This document shows, one piece after another, positions 63,207-64,000 of a stretch of DNA of 64,000 nucleotides. Positions within the stretch are counted from its first letter, which is position 1; each line of letters starts with the position of its first letter. The notes below the pieces were generated by a model. That model was not told the DNA's origin. It did not search any database and saw only the letters and a list, made by a program, of their open reading frames with translations. Where the stretch lies: NCBI RefSeq assembly GCF_056712565.1, contig NZ_CM160072.1; one strand, 5' to 3'. The translations under genes and the position numbers were made by a program.

Positions 63207-63838
63207 AGAGGTCCTCCGGTTGTGCCGCCGCTGTCGCCGGGGTGTTTATGGGTATGCAGTACCTTACCGTTTGATGAGAGTTCACCGCCGGTGTGTTCAA
63301 TGTTGCCGCGCATCGTCCCGCCCTTCTGCACTTCCAGCGTGCCGGTAATCAGCCTGTTGGTGCAGACCACCTCCGGTGTGTCCAGGGTGACGCGGGTTGA
63401 TGCTTTCACCATGACCACCGGCACCGTGGCAGTAACAGAATCAGAAGCCGTCACGCTGGCCGTTTTAATTCCGCTTGCCGTGAGCGCACTGGTTTCGGGT
63501 TCATACTCAATCACCGCCCCGTCAGGGAAACGGATGTACAGGGCATCCGCCGACGCAGACGGCGCGGGGTTATCACCGGAATAAATCCCCGGCAGAACGA
63601 ACGCCGTGTCGAGTTCACCGCCCACGGCCAGAATCAGCACCTGTTCCCCCTCGGAAGGTGCCCACCACGTGCGCGAACGTCCGGCGCGATGGGTCAGCCA
63701 CTGAAGCCAGTCGGTGCACATGCCGCCGGTCTGCACACGGCAGCGACCGGCGTTAAGGTCGGTTTCGACGATAATGCCGGTGCGGATCATGTTGCGCAGT
63801 GCGCGCGCGAGTTCCTGAATATTTGCGAGAGTGTTCAT
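63203..63838 (-). CDS. V: P2 gpV-like baseplate spike/assembly protein
   Basis: 211-aa ORF MNTLANIQELARALRNMIRTGIIVETDLNAGRCRVQ. Confidence 0.9.
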   Translation of the reverse strand: MNTLANIQELARALRNMIRTGIIVETDLNAGRCRVQTGGMCTDWLQWLTHRAGRSRTWWAPSEGEQVLILAVGGELDTAFVLPGIYSGDNPAPSASADALYIRFPDGAVIEYEPETSALTASGIKTASVTASDSVTATVPVVMVKASTRVTLDTPEVVCTNRLITGTLEVQKGGTMRGNIEHTGGELSSNGKVLHTHKHPGDSGGTTGGPL

Positions 63839-63904
63839 AACGGGAAGGATGCCGTCGGGTCATACCGGCGGCAATGTGACGATGAGGTGTCGGGAATGGC
63901 ACAA

Positions 63905-64000
63905 CTAACGGTCGAGGTGAGCCAGGATAATCTCTTCAATCATCTGCACATCCTCACCGGTAAAGCCGAGCAGAGGACGCGCCGGATAATCAATTTTCTT
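63905..64000 (-). CDS. Partial CDS, 3' end only (31 codons + TAG); possibly the P2 S-like tail completion gene
   Basis: Minus-strand frame open from the window edge (KKIDYPARPLLGFTGEDVQMIEEIILAHLDR stop); identity inferred only from P2 gene order. Confidence 0.35.
   Translation of the reverse strand, partial: KKIDYPARPLLGFTGEDVQMIEEIILAHLDR

Overview
This window reads as an Escherichia coli-type chromosomal segment. It runs from the 3' half of the colanic-acid capsule cluster (wcaI to wza, all minus strand, with an ops/JUMPstart element upstream of wza) through yegH, asmA-dcd-udk, dgcE, alkA, yegD, the yegI-pphC-yegL kinase/phosphatase/vWA operon, two sib/ibs type I toxin-antitoxin repeats, mdtABCD-baeSR, yegP and yegQ, into a P2-like prophage tail region (ogr, D, U, T, E/E', FII, FI, then G, H, I, J, W, V). 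Gene names come from my recognition of the translated ORFs and of K-12 gene order from memory; no database search was run. Three stretches look accessory relative to that backbone. (1) A HigB/RelE-like toxin plus HTH antitoxin pair sits between yegH and asmA. (2) An AT-rich four-gene operon of unrecognised proteins sits between yegP and yegQ. (3) A cargo module sits in the P2 G-FI variable locus: an uncharacterised 280-aa gene coupled to a short tyrosine recombinase, a convergent small 3-TM protein, three copies of a ~16-bp motif, and an IS2 copy (1331 bp, 5-bp TTGTC target duplication) that splits the 280-aa gene. Modules 2 and 3 are the best candidates for an undescribed system, but their functions are inference only.
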